From the IMG/VR virus record IMGVR_UViG_3300027736_000020, positions 64,001 through 128,000 of that record: a stretch of DNA of 64,000 nt. One strand, given 5' to 3'. The position numbers were made by a program, and so were the translations under genes. The number at the start of each line of letters is the position of its first letter. Positions within the stretch are counted from its first letter, which is position 1. Positions 1 to 9,592 of the stretch are shown here, in pieces. Source of the DNA: a virus. The notes below the pieces were generated by a model. The model did not search any database, was not told the origin of the DNA, and was given only the letters and a program-made list of their open reading frames with translations.

Positions 1-1269
1 GGCAATTCCTGTTCCGAGGGAGGTGATGCCCGTTCCCCCGTTCGCCACAGGCAATGTGCCAGTAACTCCGGTTGACAGGGGCAACCCTGTTGCGTTCGTC
101 AACAATCCGCTTGCGGGAGTACCAAGCGCGGGAGTGACGAGTGTCGGGCTTGTCGCAAACACCAATGCGCCGCTTCCCGTTTCGTCACTGATAACTCCAG
201 CCAGTTCGGCAGACGTGGTTGCTGCAAAAGTACTCAACTTGTTTGCGACATAGGCAGCGGTTCCTCCCGTTCCAAAGGCCACGGAAGCAGCATTTGTGGC
301 CGAGAAGGTGAGCGTCTCGCTTATCGTGAGGGTCTTGCCATCAGCAACGGTGAGTGTTGAGCCTGATGCCGGTGTAGTAATCGTTACTTTGTTGATGGTG
401 GTGGCTGTGGCAACGCCGAGCGTTGGAGTCGTCAACGTGGGAGACGTGAGCGTCTTGTTCGTCAATGTTTGGGTAAATGTTCTTAGTACTATTTCATCAC
501 TTGCCGCACCCGGTAATGTAAATGTCAATGCATCTGTCGTTGCAGAAAGCGTTATGGAGTTATTAACCGAGAGCGTTTTGGCATTGGTAATGGTTAACGT
601 TCCGGTGGTGCTCGTAACTGTCAACCCGTTAACGGTCTTGCCCGTGAGGGATTCCGTACCAGCTAGCGTCGCAAGCGTCCCTGTTGTCGGAAGAGTGACC
701 GTTGTGGCGGCTCCAAGCGTCAAGGTAAGTGCATACGCTCCACTCGTTGTAAGATTTCCGCCAAGGGTAATGGTTTTTCCTGTATTGGCAACTCCCGTGC
801 CACCGTATGTCGGAGAAACGATAGTTCCCTGCCATTGTCCGGCGGAAATGATTCCCGTCGAGGCAAGGGAAAAATTTGGCGCAACACTACTATTGCCAAC
901 TTTTATCGACCCGCCCGTATACCAATTGCCGCTTGTGCTATTTAGGTCAGATACTGTTTGCGCAGCGGTCCAGTTGTTGGATACTGTGAGAAGACCAACG
1001 GGATCGAGAGGATATTCAGATGTTGATGTTCCGACGCGGTAATAGAGAACGCCAGTCTTGTTATAGATGACAATCCTGTTTGCTCCGGGAGCGTAGGAGC
1101 CAGCAGGAGAGATGGTTGAAAAAAGCAATGACCCCGCATTGACAGCGAGGTCTCCGGAGTTTAATGTAACTCCTCCTTCTGCGGTTATTCCTCCGGATGC
1201 TACTGTCAGGCCTCCTGCAACCGTTGCCATGCCAGAGGATGCAATTCGTAACCTTGGAATGTTTGCCAT
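1..1269 (-). CDS. Tail fibre/appendage protein, partial (runs off the left end)
   Basis: Absent from the ORF track because it has no stop in the window. I read the minus frame from ATG at 1269 (AAAAGGA RBS upstream) to position 1 without a stop: [13 protein letters not shown]...[38 protein letters not shown]...[46 protein letters not shown]-rich fibre-type sequence sharing a repeat unit with 10565..13045. Confidence 0.8.
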   Translation of the reverse strand, partial: MANIPRLRIASSGMATVAGGLTVASGGITAEGGVTLNSGDLAVNAGSLLFSTISPAGSYAPGANRIVIYNKTGVLYYRVGTSTSEYPLDPVGLLTVSNNWTAAQTVSDLNSTSGNWYTGGSIKVGNSSVAPNFSLASTGIISAGQWQGTIVSPTYGGTGVANTGKTITLGGNLTTSGAYALTLTLGAATTVTLPTTGTLATLAGTESLTGKTVNGLTVTSTTGTLTITNAKTLSVNNSITLSATTDALTFTLPGAASDEIVLRTFTQTLTNKTLTSPTLTTPTLGVATATTINKVTITTPASGSTLTVADGKTLTISETLTFSATNAASVAFGTGGTAAYVANKLSTFAATTSAELAGVISDETGSGALVFATSPTLVTPALGTPASGLLTNATGLPLSTGVTGTLPVANGGTGITSLGTGIA

Positions 1270-1293
1270 GAATTACAATCCTTTTGTGTTTAG

Positions 1294-1303
1294 AGTATAC
1301 AAT
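1294..1303 (-). promoter_or_regulatory. Putative -10-like element ATTGTATACT
   Basis: The identical 10-mer occurs at 6806..6815. Both are intergenic and lie just upstream of an RBS and start codon. No clear -35. Confidence 0.35.
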
Positions 1304-1336
1304 ATTGATGACAACGGGGCGAATAAAAAAAATATA

Positions 1337-1612
1337 TTAGCAATTCTTTGATTGAGAGAATGCAGAAAGCTCCTTGAGTTTTTCATACAGATGCGCAAAT
1401 AACATCGAATTCTCTATGTTCCCTATGGGGAACGTAAAATTACGTGTTTGCAAAGGTGAACACCCGTTGCGTCTCTGTTCTTCCGACGCATAGGTGTTCA
1501 CTTGCACTTCAATGGTTGTCCCCGGAGCCGCACACGATGCCCAAGAAATCTTGTGATATCCATTGACAAGGGTTATTCCATGAACGGTGAGAAATTTCTG
1601 CTCAAGAGCCAT
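1337..1612 (-). CDS. Small phage protein, probable fibre-associated/assembly protein
   Basis: 91 aa, MALEQKFLTVHGITLVNGYHKI...YEKLKELSAFSQSKNC. Resembles small proteins that commonly follow phage fibre genes; fits the operon spacing. Confidence 0.6.
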   Translation of the reverse strand: MALEQKFLTVHGITLVNGYHKISWASCAAPGTTIEVQVNTYASEEQRRNGCSPLQTRNFTFPIGNIENSMLFAHLYEKLKELSAFSQSKNC

Positions 1613-1928
1613 TGGGCGTACCTGAAGGCAACACAGCCGGAATCTTGCTCATTTCCTCAATATATGCATCATACGCAGCGGTTGAAGCAAAATCGCCGGG
1701 AAGAAATACATCTTCATCCGGCACATACCTATATCCAATACCAGCATACATCTTTCTGAAGTTGTTGTTATAGCTGGTCTGTACCCAGTTGCCACCGAGA
1801 AGGCTTTCACAGAAAGCCTTCCCTAGTGCTTCATTTTCTTGTCCGGTCGCATCCTTGAGGACATCGTTTGCCACGACGATGACTCGCTGGACAATATTAT
1901 TGTTATCTAATTCTGCAAAATGTGCCAT
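1602..1928 (-). CDS. Conserved phage hypothetical protein (MAHFAELD-type)
   Basis: Likely start at ATG 1928: MAHFAELDNNNIVQRVIVV...WVQTSYNNNFRKMYAGIGY. I recognise this family from fibre regions of aquatic phages. The track start at 1970 would overlap the upstream gene. Confidence 0.7.
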   Translation of the reverse strand: MAHFAELDNNNIVQRVIVVANDVLKDATGQENEALGKAFCESLLGGNWVQTSYNNNFRKMYAGIGYRYVPDEDVFLPGDFASTAAYDAYIEEMSKIPAVLPSGTPNGS

Positions 1929-1932
1929 TGTA

Positions 1933-2169
1933 CTATTTCTTCTCCGCCGGAATTTCAACAATTTCTTCAACGACAGGTTCTGGCACCGGAGGAAGCGGAC
2001 GGATGATCTCTACGTGCTTCCATTTCTCGATTTGCACGGGAACACCGACATACCATCCGTCTCCAAGTTCGACCATGCGGTGGTTGACCATGATGTCTTG
2101 CACATCTGCACTGGACAATGGGCCATAGATGTACGGATCATCAAATCGTTCGAATAATGTTGGCATCAT
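1933..2169 (-). CDS. Hypothetical protein
   Basis: 78-aa ORF filling the gap between two co-oriented genes; AAAAAGGAG RBS upstream. Confidence 0.6.
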   Translation of the reverse strand: MMPTLFERFDDPYIYGPLSSADVQDIMVNHRMVELGDGWYVGVPVQIEKWKHVEIIRPLPPVPEPVVEEIVEIPAEKK

Positions 2170-2180
2170 GCGCTCCTTTT

Positions 2181-3725
2181 TTAGCTCCAGAATACATAGG
2201 ACACAACAATTCCGCTTGTCCGTATATTCTTTGTGAATGTATTTGAGTTTATCACAATCAAGACCTGTTTGTCCGCTGCCATTGGATCATAATATAGCTG
2301 GAGGTACTTCCATCGGGGAAGAAGTGATGAGGGGCTTGTCAATAATTTTGGATTGGCCGAAATTGCATTGACATTTCCGGCGCGAGAAAAGAAATTCCTG
2401 AATCCCGGCGACGAAACAAGTGACCAAGGCTTCTGTGTCACGGGCGAAGCAGAAATTGCTACTGGATATTTTGCACTGCCAAAATTCGGCACTGCATAGA
2501 TTTTATTGTAAATGATTGAATTTGCAGTCAAGACAACGATTTGCGCACGATTGACGGTGTTCAAATTCTGTTGAATAACCTGTGCGTATTTGTATCGGGG
2601 AATCAATCCCGAGGGAAGCACGATTGGTTCAGCAGACACAATGAACGCATTGCTCTTGTATCGTCCAAAGGGATACCCGAATTTCGTGAAATTGTAGGCA
2701 GTCGATCTGGCGAGGGGCACGGGCAATCGTGCATACGAAGGAGGATTGCTGATTGCCTTGTACAAGGAAAGACTCGGGGCAATATTCTTGTAGACAACCG
2801 AATTGGTGGTCAAGGCAATGATTTGTTGCTTGTCAATGGAAGCGGAGTCATTTGTGATAACCTGTGCGTATTTGTATCGGGGCAGTGCAGAAAAACTCAA
2901 TGGTTGCTGCCAAGGTCGATAATAATAAAATTTTATTTTTAATGACACAAAAGCTTTAGAAATTGAAGGAAATTTTTGCAGACGCGAAAAACTATATGAC
3001 GAAGTGATGTTGTTTCCACCAAATGTTGCGTCATTTGATTGCACGACAAGTCCAGCAAGAAGATAGCGATACAAGTTCATGTCGGTTCCTCCCGTGGAAA
3101 CCGTCCATGACATTGTTGTCGCTACCGAGCTTGTTACCTTTGCGCTTCCCGCTGCCTCCCATGCTCCGTCTGCCGAGGTAGCCCATGGAGTCACAAGTGC
3201 ATTCTGACCTGATCCATATCCAGTGTTTGAAAATGTATTCCATCCCGCAATCGTGTTCACCGCAATGGAACCTGTGGAACTTGCGAGAGAGACTGAAGCC
3301 GTCTGACTTCCTGCCGGATAGATCAATCCTGAAGTAGACGCAAATGAGGCAAGCGGAGTGGTGGCATTGACACCCGAGAACGACCATGCCGCAGCTTGAA
3401 TGTAGTTTGCGGAAGCAAACGTCACGACAACGTTGTAGGAAGCTCCTGTGGGTGGATTCAAGTAATACCAGTACTCAATCCGTGGATAATCACCAGAAGC
3501 TTGAGAGACGCCACCGCCTGATGAACCAGACAGGGAAATGCGCGTCATTCCTACACCGTTGTAGGTAATGTTCGTGGGTGTTACCGAGTTGTCAATGAAT
3601 GTGACAACAACAAGGAGCAGCTTGGTTCCCGCTGCATATTGCGTCGAGCTTACTGTGTGGGCAAATGTCACCGAAGAGACATTTTGCCCACTTGTACTTG
3701 TCAATGCCCCAAATTGTACGGGCAT
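2181..3725 (-). CDS. Putative virion appendage protein (N-terminal beta-sandwich, three C-terminal PR(Y/W)KYxQ repeats)
   Basis: 514 aa. S/T/G-rich N-terminal half; the C-terminal half has three spaced repeats PRYKYAQVI, PRYKYAQVI, PRWKYLQL. Lies in the fibre operon. Confidence 0.65.
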   Translation of the reverse strand: MPVQFGALTSTSGQNVSSVTFAHTVSSTQYAAGTKLLLVVVTFIDNSVTPTNITYNGVGMTRISLSGSSGGGVSQASGDYPRIEYWYYLNPPTGASYNVVVTFASANYIQAAAWSFSGVNATTPLASFASTSGLIYPAGSQTASVSLASSTGSIAVNTIAGWNTFSNTGYGSGQNALVTPWATSADGAWEAAGSAKVTSSVATTMSWTVSTGGTDMNLYRYLLAGLVVQSNDATFGGNNITSSYSFSRLQKFPSISKAFVSLKIKFYYYRPWQQPLSFSALPRYKYAQVITNDSASIDKQQIIALTTNSVVYKNIAPSLSLYKAISNPPSYARLPVPLARSTAYNFTKFGYPFGRYKSNAFIVSAEPIVLPSGLIPRYKYAQVIQQNLNTVNRAQIVVLTANSIIYNKIYAVPNFGSAKYPVAISASPVTQKPWSLVSSPGFRNFFSRAGNVNAISANPKLLTSPSSLLPRWKYLQLYYDPMAADKQVLIVINSNTFTKNIRTSGIVVSYVFWS

Positions 3726-3728
3726 TGA

Positions 3729-6700
3729 TTATGCCCTCAATAACAGTCTGCCTGCATTACCTGCCTGAACATTCTGGAGCGTGTAGGCATTGTTTGAATA
3801 ATAGATATTCGCGCCATAAGAGAAAATAACACGAGGCCCATTCGTCACCAAATTGTTGAATGAATCACCCATGACGTTGGCATTGATGGCTTGTCCAGTA
3901 GATTGCTGCAAATACGTCGGATTCCCTGCTGTGGCATGTGTAGGATCATTCAAGAGCACTCGTGAATTATAGGTTGTTGTTGTTGACCGTCCCTTTGGAT
4001 AGATGTAAAACAATCCACGGAAAGGAACAACACCGAGATCTCCCAAGTAATCCGCATTATTTGCAACACGGTAGGACTGACAGCTGGTTGTCGATGCAGA
4101 AGTGTAGGAACTGCTTGCTGCGGACACCAATGCAGTAGTAACGCGATAGATGGTTCCGGTAGAAGCCGCAGAAATAATGCAGTAAATTGTTCCCGCAGTA
4201 GGGTCAATGTAGAAAGAAGTGGGATTGTATGATGTTGATGATGTGGTTGTGACAACAAGGTTTGCAACGTTGTACACGGAAGTTGCATTATCTGCAGTAT
4301 ACGAAACAAGACGCATGGTTTGTGCTGATGACGCAGTGCCGTTTTGCGTAGCTGCATACGTTGTTCCATTATAGTCAGGAATTGGAGTTCCAAATGCGGA
4401 TGCAAACGCCAGTGCAGTGGGACTCGTATACAATGCTGGCAACGCAACCGTTGCAACAGCGGTCAGGGAACCTGAATAGCCATATCCGCCCGAAATGATG
4501 ACTGGCGTTCCCGTCACCACGCCGCTGGTAACCGCTGCGGAGGCAATGGCAAGTCCCGTTCCTCCTGCAATCTGGAAAAACAGCGTCCCTGTCGTTGCGC
4601 CCAGATATCCCACACCACCGACGTTGATAGCAGCGGCAGTAACCACACCGGATGCAACCGTGGTGTTGACGGTAAACGACGCGCCGTAATTGAACGAACT
4701 ACCCATCGTTGCTGCCATCACGACACCAGATGCAACCGTTGAGGACTGACTCAAGGTATATGTTCCTGTGCCACCAGTGCCGGTACCAAACGCAGTAATC
4801 ACCGAACTTGCTGTCACCCCAGAGCCGGTGATCGTCTGCCCAATTGCAAGGTTGCCAATGGCTACCGCAGAGACAGTCATGGTGGTTGTTGAAATGGTGG
4901 CAGTAAAGGAACAATTCATGATGGCAAGTGAACAGACGGTTGGCTGCAGTGCAGCCTGTCTCTGTGTCACGTACAGGTATTTGTTATCAAGATTCAGATA
5001 GCCCCCGCCCATCATGACGGACGTTGCCAGCGCCGTCCCCGCGGTGTAGCCAGTTCCGCCATACACCACCGTTGCTGCACCAGTGGTGGCACCTGCTGTG
5101 GTCAGCGCGATGGAACACAGTGCGGGAAATCCCGTCTGTCCCGGTATGGTGAAAAACATCGTTCCAGTGATCTGATTGAGATATCCAGTTCCCGCAGCAG
5201 TTACCGTTGCTACAGTAACCGCGCCACCCACCACGGTTGTGGTAACGGTCAATCCTGATCCTGCACCATTTGGAAACGTGTAGCTTGTTGCTGCCAATGT
5301 TTCCGTATCGATCTTTACCACGCCGAAATATGTCGATGCATAAATGCTTCTCGCGCCGTCAAAGACAATATCAATGACCCCGAGGCTTACGCTGTTCGCG
5401 TACACCAGAGTGGGAGAAACCGTTCCCGCACTCATTGGCCACGTATAGACGCCTTCCTGAGCACAAGCCCAGACGTTATCACCGATCACGATCATCTTGG
5501 AGACGTTGGTGGTCATCGCATTCGTTGCTACGGGAGCGGACATCTTGTTCGCTCCATAGGTAATCGATCCGATTTCTGTTCCGCCATTCATCGGCAGGAT
5601 CACGCAATCAGCCGAAGTGCCCGTCGATGCAACCCAACCTCCCGTGGTATCGAGTGTCAGTGTGGTGGTATCGAGGAATGATCCGATCTGCTTGGTGGTG
5701 CTCAAGTTGTACGTCCGCCCAAACGGAATGGACTTGGAAATCGCGTCAATGGAGATCGGAGAAGCAAATGCCTTGGCCGTCGAAGTATCCCATCCATACG
5801 TCAGATTGTAATAACTGGCAAGATGCAAGAGATTGGTATCCACCGAGATGGCAAGGGTTCCTTGTGGATACGAAGGCGGGAACATACCACGGTTTGTCAC
5901 TGGCGCGTAAATCTGCGCTGCCGCAGCACCCGTGAACCCGTCCTGTGTCCTTGGGAATGCATACATGATCCTGCTGATGGTACCCGTCGTCTTTCCGTAG
6001 GGAGTGCCGATCATGACACTGTTTGTCCACGCAAAACACGGTGCACCGTTTCCAACGGTATCTTCAGGGACAACCCGTTCAAACTCGAACACTCCAGTCC
6101 ACATTCCCGGCTCTGACTTGATGAACGGCCACAGGACAAGATGCCTTGCCGTTGCGCCCACCCAGATGAAACAATCCTTGAGATCGTATTGCTGGGGAAA
6201 TGATCCCGCTCCGTTCCACGTCTCATTGGTTGCCACATGTGTCACACTGTTCCAATACTCGCAAACGGATGTGAAGAACTGCACCTTCGCAACATCCCAG
6301 CGCAAAATGAAATACTTCCATGTATACGGATAGGTAGCAACAGCGGTATTCGCAGTATAATTTGTGCCGCCAGAAACAATCGTGATCGTTCCCGCTGGCA
6401 CACCACTCGTCACGCCAATCGTGGCAATTGCCGGAACACCGCCACCAGCAATGGTGAATGTCAGCGTACCTGTTCCAGAGCTCAGGTATGCTGATCCGGC
6501 AGCGTTCAAGGTAGCCGCAGTGACCACACCGCTCGACACCGTCGTGTTGACCGTCAAGCCTGTACCCGTGCCATCATTATTCGGAGCACGATACACATAC
6601 GTGTAGATGGGAGAAAACGCACTGCTTGTCCCAGCACCCGGCACCGCATTCGTGACCGTATCGTAACTTGTCCACCCCAAGGCAGTAATTGCCGTGTTGA

Positions 6701-6788
6701 CGCCGGAAAGAATATTTGCCGACGACAGTTCATTCGTGATGTTCACACGGTAACTATTCGTGCTATATGAAGTGTTTGTTACGGTCAT
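3729..6788 (-). CDS. Tail fibre/appendage protein, paralog 1 (1019 aa)
   Basis: Long T/S/G/A-rich ORF with GGGAG RBS. The N-terminal ~400 aa clearly align with 6818..9589 (ATARHLVLWPF..EPGMWTGVFEFER..PEDTV.N.APC.AWTNSV.IGT). Confidence 0.8.
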   Translation of the reverse strand: MTVTNTSYSTNSYRVNITNELSSANILSGVNTAITALGWTSYDTVTNAVPGAGTSSAFSPIYTYVYRAPNNDGTGTGLTVNTTVSSGVVTAATLNAAGSAYLSSGTGTLTFTIAGGGVPAIATIGVTSGVPAGTITIVSGGTNYTANTAVATYPYTWKYFILRWDVAKVQFFTSVCEYWNSVTHVATNETWNGAGSFPQQYDLKDCFIWVGATARHLVLWPFIKSEPGMWTGVFEFERVVPEDTVGNGAPCFAWTNSVMIGTPYGKTTGTISRIMYAFPRTQDGFTGAAAAQIYAPVTNRGMFPPSYPQGTLAISVDTNLLHLASYYNLTYGWDTSTAKAFASPISIDAISKSIPFGRTYNLSTTKQIGSFLDTTTLTLDTTGGWVASTGTSADCVILPMNGGTEIGSITYGANKMSAPVATNAMTTNVSKMIVIGDNVWACAQEGVYTWPMSAGTVSPTLVYANSVSLGVIDIVFDGARSIYASTYFGVVKIDTETLAATSYTFPNGAGSGLTVTTTVVGGAVTVATVTAAGTGYLNQITGTMFFTIPGQTGFPALCSIALTTAGATTGAATVVYGGTGYTAGTALATSVMMGGGYLNLDNKYLYVTQRQAALQPTVCSLAIMNCSFTATISTTTMTVSAVAIGNLAIGQTITGSGVTASSVITAFGTGTGGTGTYTLSQSSTVASGVVMAATMGSSFNYGASFTVNTTVASGVVTAAAINVGGVGYLGATTGTLFFQIAGGTGLAIASAAVTSGVVTGTPVIISGGYGYSGSLTAVATVALPALYTSPTALAFASAFGTPIPDYNGTTYAATQNGTASSAQTMRLVSYTADNATSVYNVANLVVTTTSSTSYNPTSFYIDPTAGTIYCIISAASTGTIYRVTTALVSAASSSYTSASTTSCQSYRVANNADYLGDLGVVPFRGLFYIYPKGRSTTTTYNSRVLLNDPTHATAGNPTYLQQSTGQAINANVMGDSFNNLVTNGPRVIFSYGANIYYSNNAYTLQNVQAGNAGRLLLRA

Positions 6789-6805
6789 GTTTTTCTCCCT
6801 TGTTC

Positions 6806-6815
6806 AGTATACAAT
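6806..6815 (-). promoter_or_regulatory. Putative -10-like element ATTGTATACT
   Basis: Second copy of the 10-mer at 1294..1303, in the intergenic gap 18 nt before the ATG at 6788. Confidence 0.35.
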
Positions 6816-6817
6816 TT

Positions 6818-9589
6818 TTACGCCTTAACGAGTAGTCTTGCGGTAACTTCACCTTCAGTGCTGTGCATGCTGTAGATATTTTTTATGAGATGAATGGCAG
6901 TATACGATGATCCGGTTACACACATTCTTGGGCCATTAGTAAACATTCCAAAAAGGCTATACTGCTCCAACCAAAACTGGGACATTCCGGCACTAAAACT
7001 TGTGTGTAAATGTAAACCTGAAGTTGAAGCGCCAGCCGTAGCATTATTTGGATCCGAAAAAATTACTCGTGTAAACTGCGTAATTCCTTCATATACTCCC
7101 TTGAAATAAAAACGTCCTTTTATAAATCCTTGAAACCAACTTTGACCACCGTAGTTACCAGTAGAATCCAAAATCGTACCTTGATTTATACTCAAGTCAA
7201 ATGTCACGTAAGATATCGTTAAAACAGCGGTGGGATTTGCTGAGGAACTTACACGAGAAATTATTCCAGATGGATAATAACTAGCAGTAGTTGAAGATTT
7301 AAAATAATATATTGAACTTGTGCATGAATCCATATACAAACCATGAACACCAGATTGATAGGCATTTCCTGGATAATACGCTCCATTAATTGCAGTTATA
7401 TTACTATATGAAGTATTGCTGTTGGTTGTATGAGGAATTGGTGTTCCCGTGGCAGAAGAAATTGTGTGCACATAACTTGCTGAATACGATGGTGGAGTAA
7501 CATTATAACCCAATTGCAACGCATATACATGACCAGAATAATTAGTCATCATACTTAATCCAGAATTACCTGCATCTCCTCTCTGAACTGATGAGGTAAA
7601 TGAGCTTATTTGAGTAAAAGAAGCAAGATCAATTATTGCAATCATTGGGTACACTAATGTATTGGATGACGTTACATAAAGATATTTATTGTCAATTACC
7701 GGCATCTGAGACACGCTTGTAATTGTCGATGTAATAGTAGAAGCAGCCAAAGTTTCTGTATCAATTTTTATAACAGTTTGACCGGTAATTGTTGTTGCAT
7801 AAATACTTCTTTCGCCATCAAAAAGCATTTCTCCCACACCAGTAGTGTTTGCATAAATTTGTGTCCACGTTGGTGCTATTGGACTAATAAACGCGGCTGG
7901 AGTAAAAAAGGTGTTTAAAACGGTCGGAGTAATCTGGGAAGAAACATTCAATCTCCAAATTCCTCCGTTTGCCCCGGAAGCAAAACACGATGCGTATATA
8001 TAGTCTCCAAGTAAAAAAGATCGATAAAATTTAGCAGGAATGTTGATTCTTATGTTATGTAGCCTGTTATTTTGCGCTTGATGCGTGGAAGTAAATCCAC
8101 TAAAAAATGGCGGAAATACAGATCCGCCATTCATTGGAAGAATTACTGTATCGCCAGCACTTCCCGTGCTGCTGGCCCATCCTCCGGAGTTGTCAAGGGT
8201 TGTCTGTGTAACTTCCAATGCTGATCCAATAGGTTTTGTTACTGAAACGTTATACATTCGACCGAACGGCATGTTCTTGCCAATGGCATCGACAGAGATT
8301 GGAGACACAAATGATCGCTCAACCGGGCGGAAACTTGTATCACTGGCTGCTCCCGCCCATGCGTACTGTGAATTATATGCGGATGCAAGATGCAACAGAT
8401 GTGGATCCGCTCCCGAGGTCATTGGCACGTATAGATTACTGTTGTTGGCACTAACAATAAAATTTCCACATTGTTGAGAAATATTTAGATTGTACGTTCC
8501 CGTTTGTCCTGTTCCCGATCCAAAGGAAACAATTCTCGTTCCCGGTACTACTCCGGGACCGCGAATCAAACTTCCAACCGTTATTGTTCCTGCGTTCATG
8601 GTTTGCACGGTAAGAACAGTTGATGGAACACTTTCATTGTTGATCGTACCAATATAGCCCAAAAACGATGCACTACCGTGTGTCAACGTACCACTTGGAT
8701 ACGAGGGAGGAAACGACCCCCTGTTGGTAACGGGAGCATATGCTCCCGCTGCAGCTGCGCCTGTCAATCCATCTTGTGTTCGAGGAAATGCAAACATGGT
8801 CTTGCTTGGCGAAACATGCTGGGCAATAGCCCCGTCGGAAAACTGCGTTCCAATTATTACCGAGTTTGTCCATGCCCAACACGGTGCAGCGTTCGCGACG
8901 GTATCTTCCGGCGCAGAACGCTCAAATTCAAAGACCCCAGTCCACAATCCGGGTTCTCCGAGGATGAATGGCCAAATCACGATATGTCTTGCAGTGGCAC
9001 TGACCCAGATATAGGAATCCTTGATATCGTAGTTCTGAACGAATGATCCGTTATTGTTCCACGCAAGATTGGTCGCCACGTGATTGGTTGCATCCCACGA
9101 CTCGCATGTTCCTGTCCAGAATGCCTGCTTGCGAATGTCATACCAGATAATGCAATACTTGTAGGTAGACGCATCCGCGTTGATTGCACGGTAGACACGC
9201 AGGAACATTGGGGATGCGTTACTGGATACCACGGACATGGCCGTCGCAGAACCCACGGTGGAGGACTGGCTCAGGGTATATGCGCCAGTCAACTGGCTTG
9301 TGGGAGCCACGGTAATGACCGAGTTGCTGGTCACTCCCGATCCGACAACGGTCTGTCCTACCGCAAGTGCTCCTGCGGATACTGCCGAGACAGTCATGGC
9401 AGTTCCGGAAATCGTGGCCGTAAATGAAATTGGGCTACCCGGAATCCAGTTATCCACCGAATCCCACAGCGTCCATCCAAGCCCCGTAATGGCCGTATTC
9501 ATTTTTGTCAGGATATTCGTATACGTAACCTCATTGCTGATGACTACCCGGACACTATTGGTGGTATACGGAATGTTTGTTACTGACAT
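6818..9589 (-). CDS. Tail fibre/appendage protein, paralog 2 (923 aa)
   Basis: Paralog of 3729..6788 with a shared backbone through IDTETLAA and DNKYLYVT and a similar C-terminus (TNGPR...RLLVKA vs TNGPR...RLLLRA). Confidence 0.8.
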   Translation of the reverse strand: MSVTNIPYTTNSVRVVISNEVTYTNILTKMNTAITGLGWTLWDSVDNWIPGSPISFTATISGTAMTVSAVSAGALAVGQTVVGSGVTSNSVITVAPTSQLTGAYTLSQSSTVGSATAMSVVSSNASPMFLRVYRAINADASTYKYCIIWYDIRKQAFWTGTCESWDATNHVATNLAWNNNGSFVQNYDIKDSYIWVSATARHIVIWPFILGEPGLWTGVFEFERSAPEDTVANAAPCWAWTNSVIIGTQFSDGAIAQHVSPSKTMFAFPRTQDGLTGAAAAGAYAPVTNRGSFPPSYPSGTLTHGSASFLGYIGTINNESVPSTVLTVQTMNAGTITVGSLIRGPGVVPGTRIVSFGSGTGQTGTYNLNISQQCGNFIVSANNSNLYVPMTSGADPHLLHLASAYNSQYAWAGAASDTSFRPVERSFVSPISVDAIGKNMPFGRMYNVSVTKPIGSALEVTQTTLDNSGGWASSTGSAGDTVILPMNGGSVFPPFFSGFTSTHQAQNNRLHNIRINIPAKFYRSFLLGDYIYASCFASGANGGIWRLNVSSQITPTVLNTFFTPAAFISPIAPTWTQIYANTTGVGEMLFDGERSIYATTITGQTVIKIDTETLAASTITSTITSVSQMPVIDNKYLYVTSSNTLVYPMIAIIDLASFTQISSFTSSVQRGDAGNSGLSMMTNYSGHVYALQLGYNVTPPSYSASYVHTISSATGTPIPHTTNSNTSYSNITAINGAYYPGNAYQSGVHGLYMDSCTSSIYYFKSSTTASYYPSGIISRVSSSANPTAVLTISYVTFDLSINQGTILDSTGNYGGQSWFQGFIKGRFYFKGVYEGITQFTRVIFSDPNNATAGASTSGLHLHTSFSAGMSQFWLEQYSLFGMFTNGPRMCVTGSSYTAIHLIKNIYSMHSTEGEVTARLLVKA

Positions 9590-9592
9590 GCA

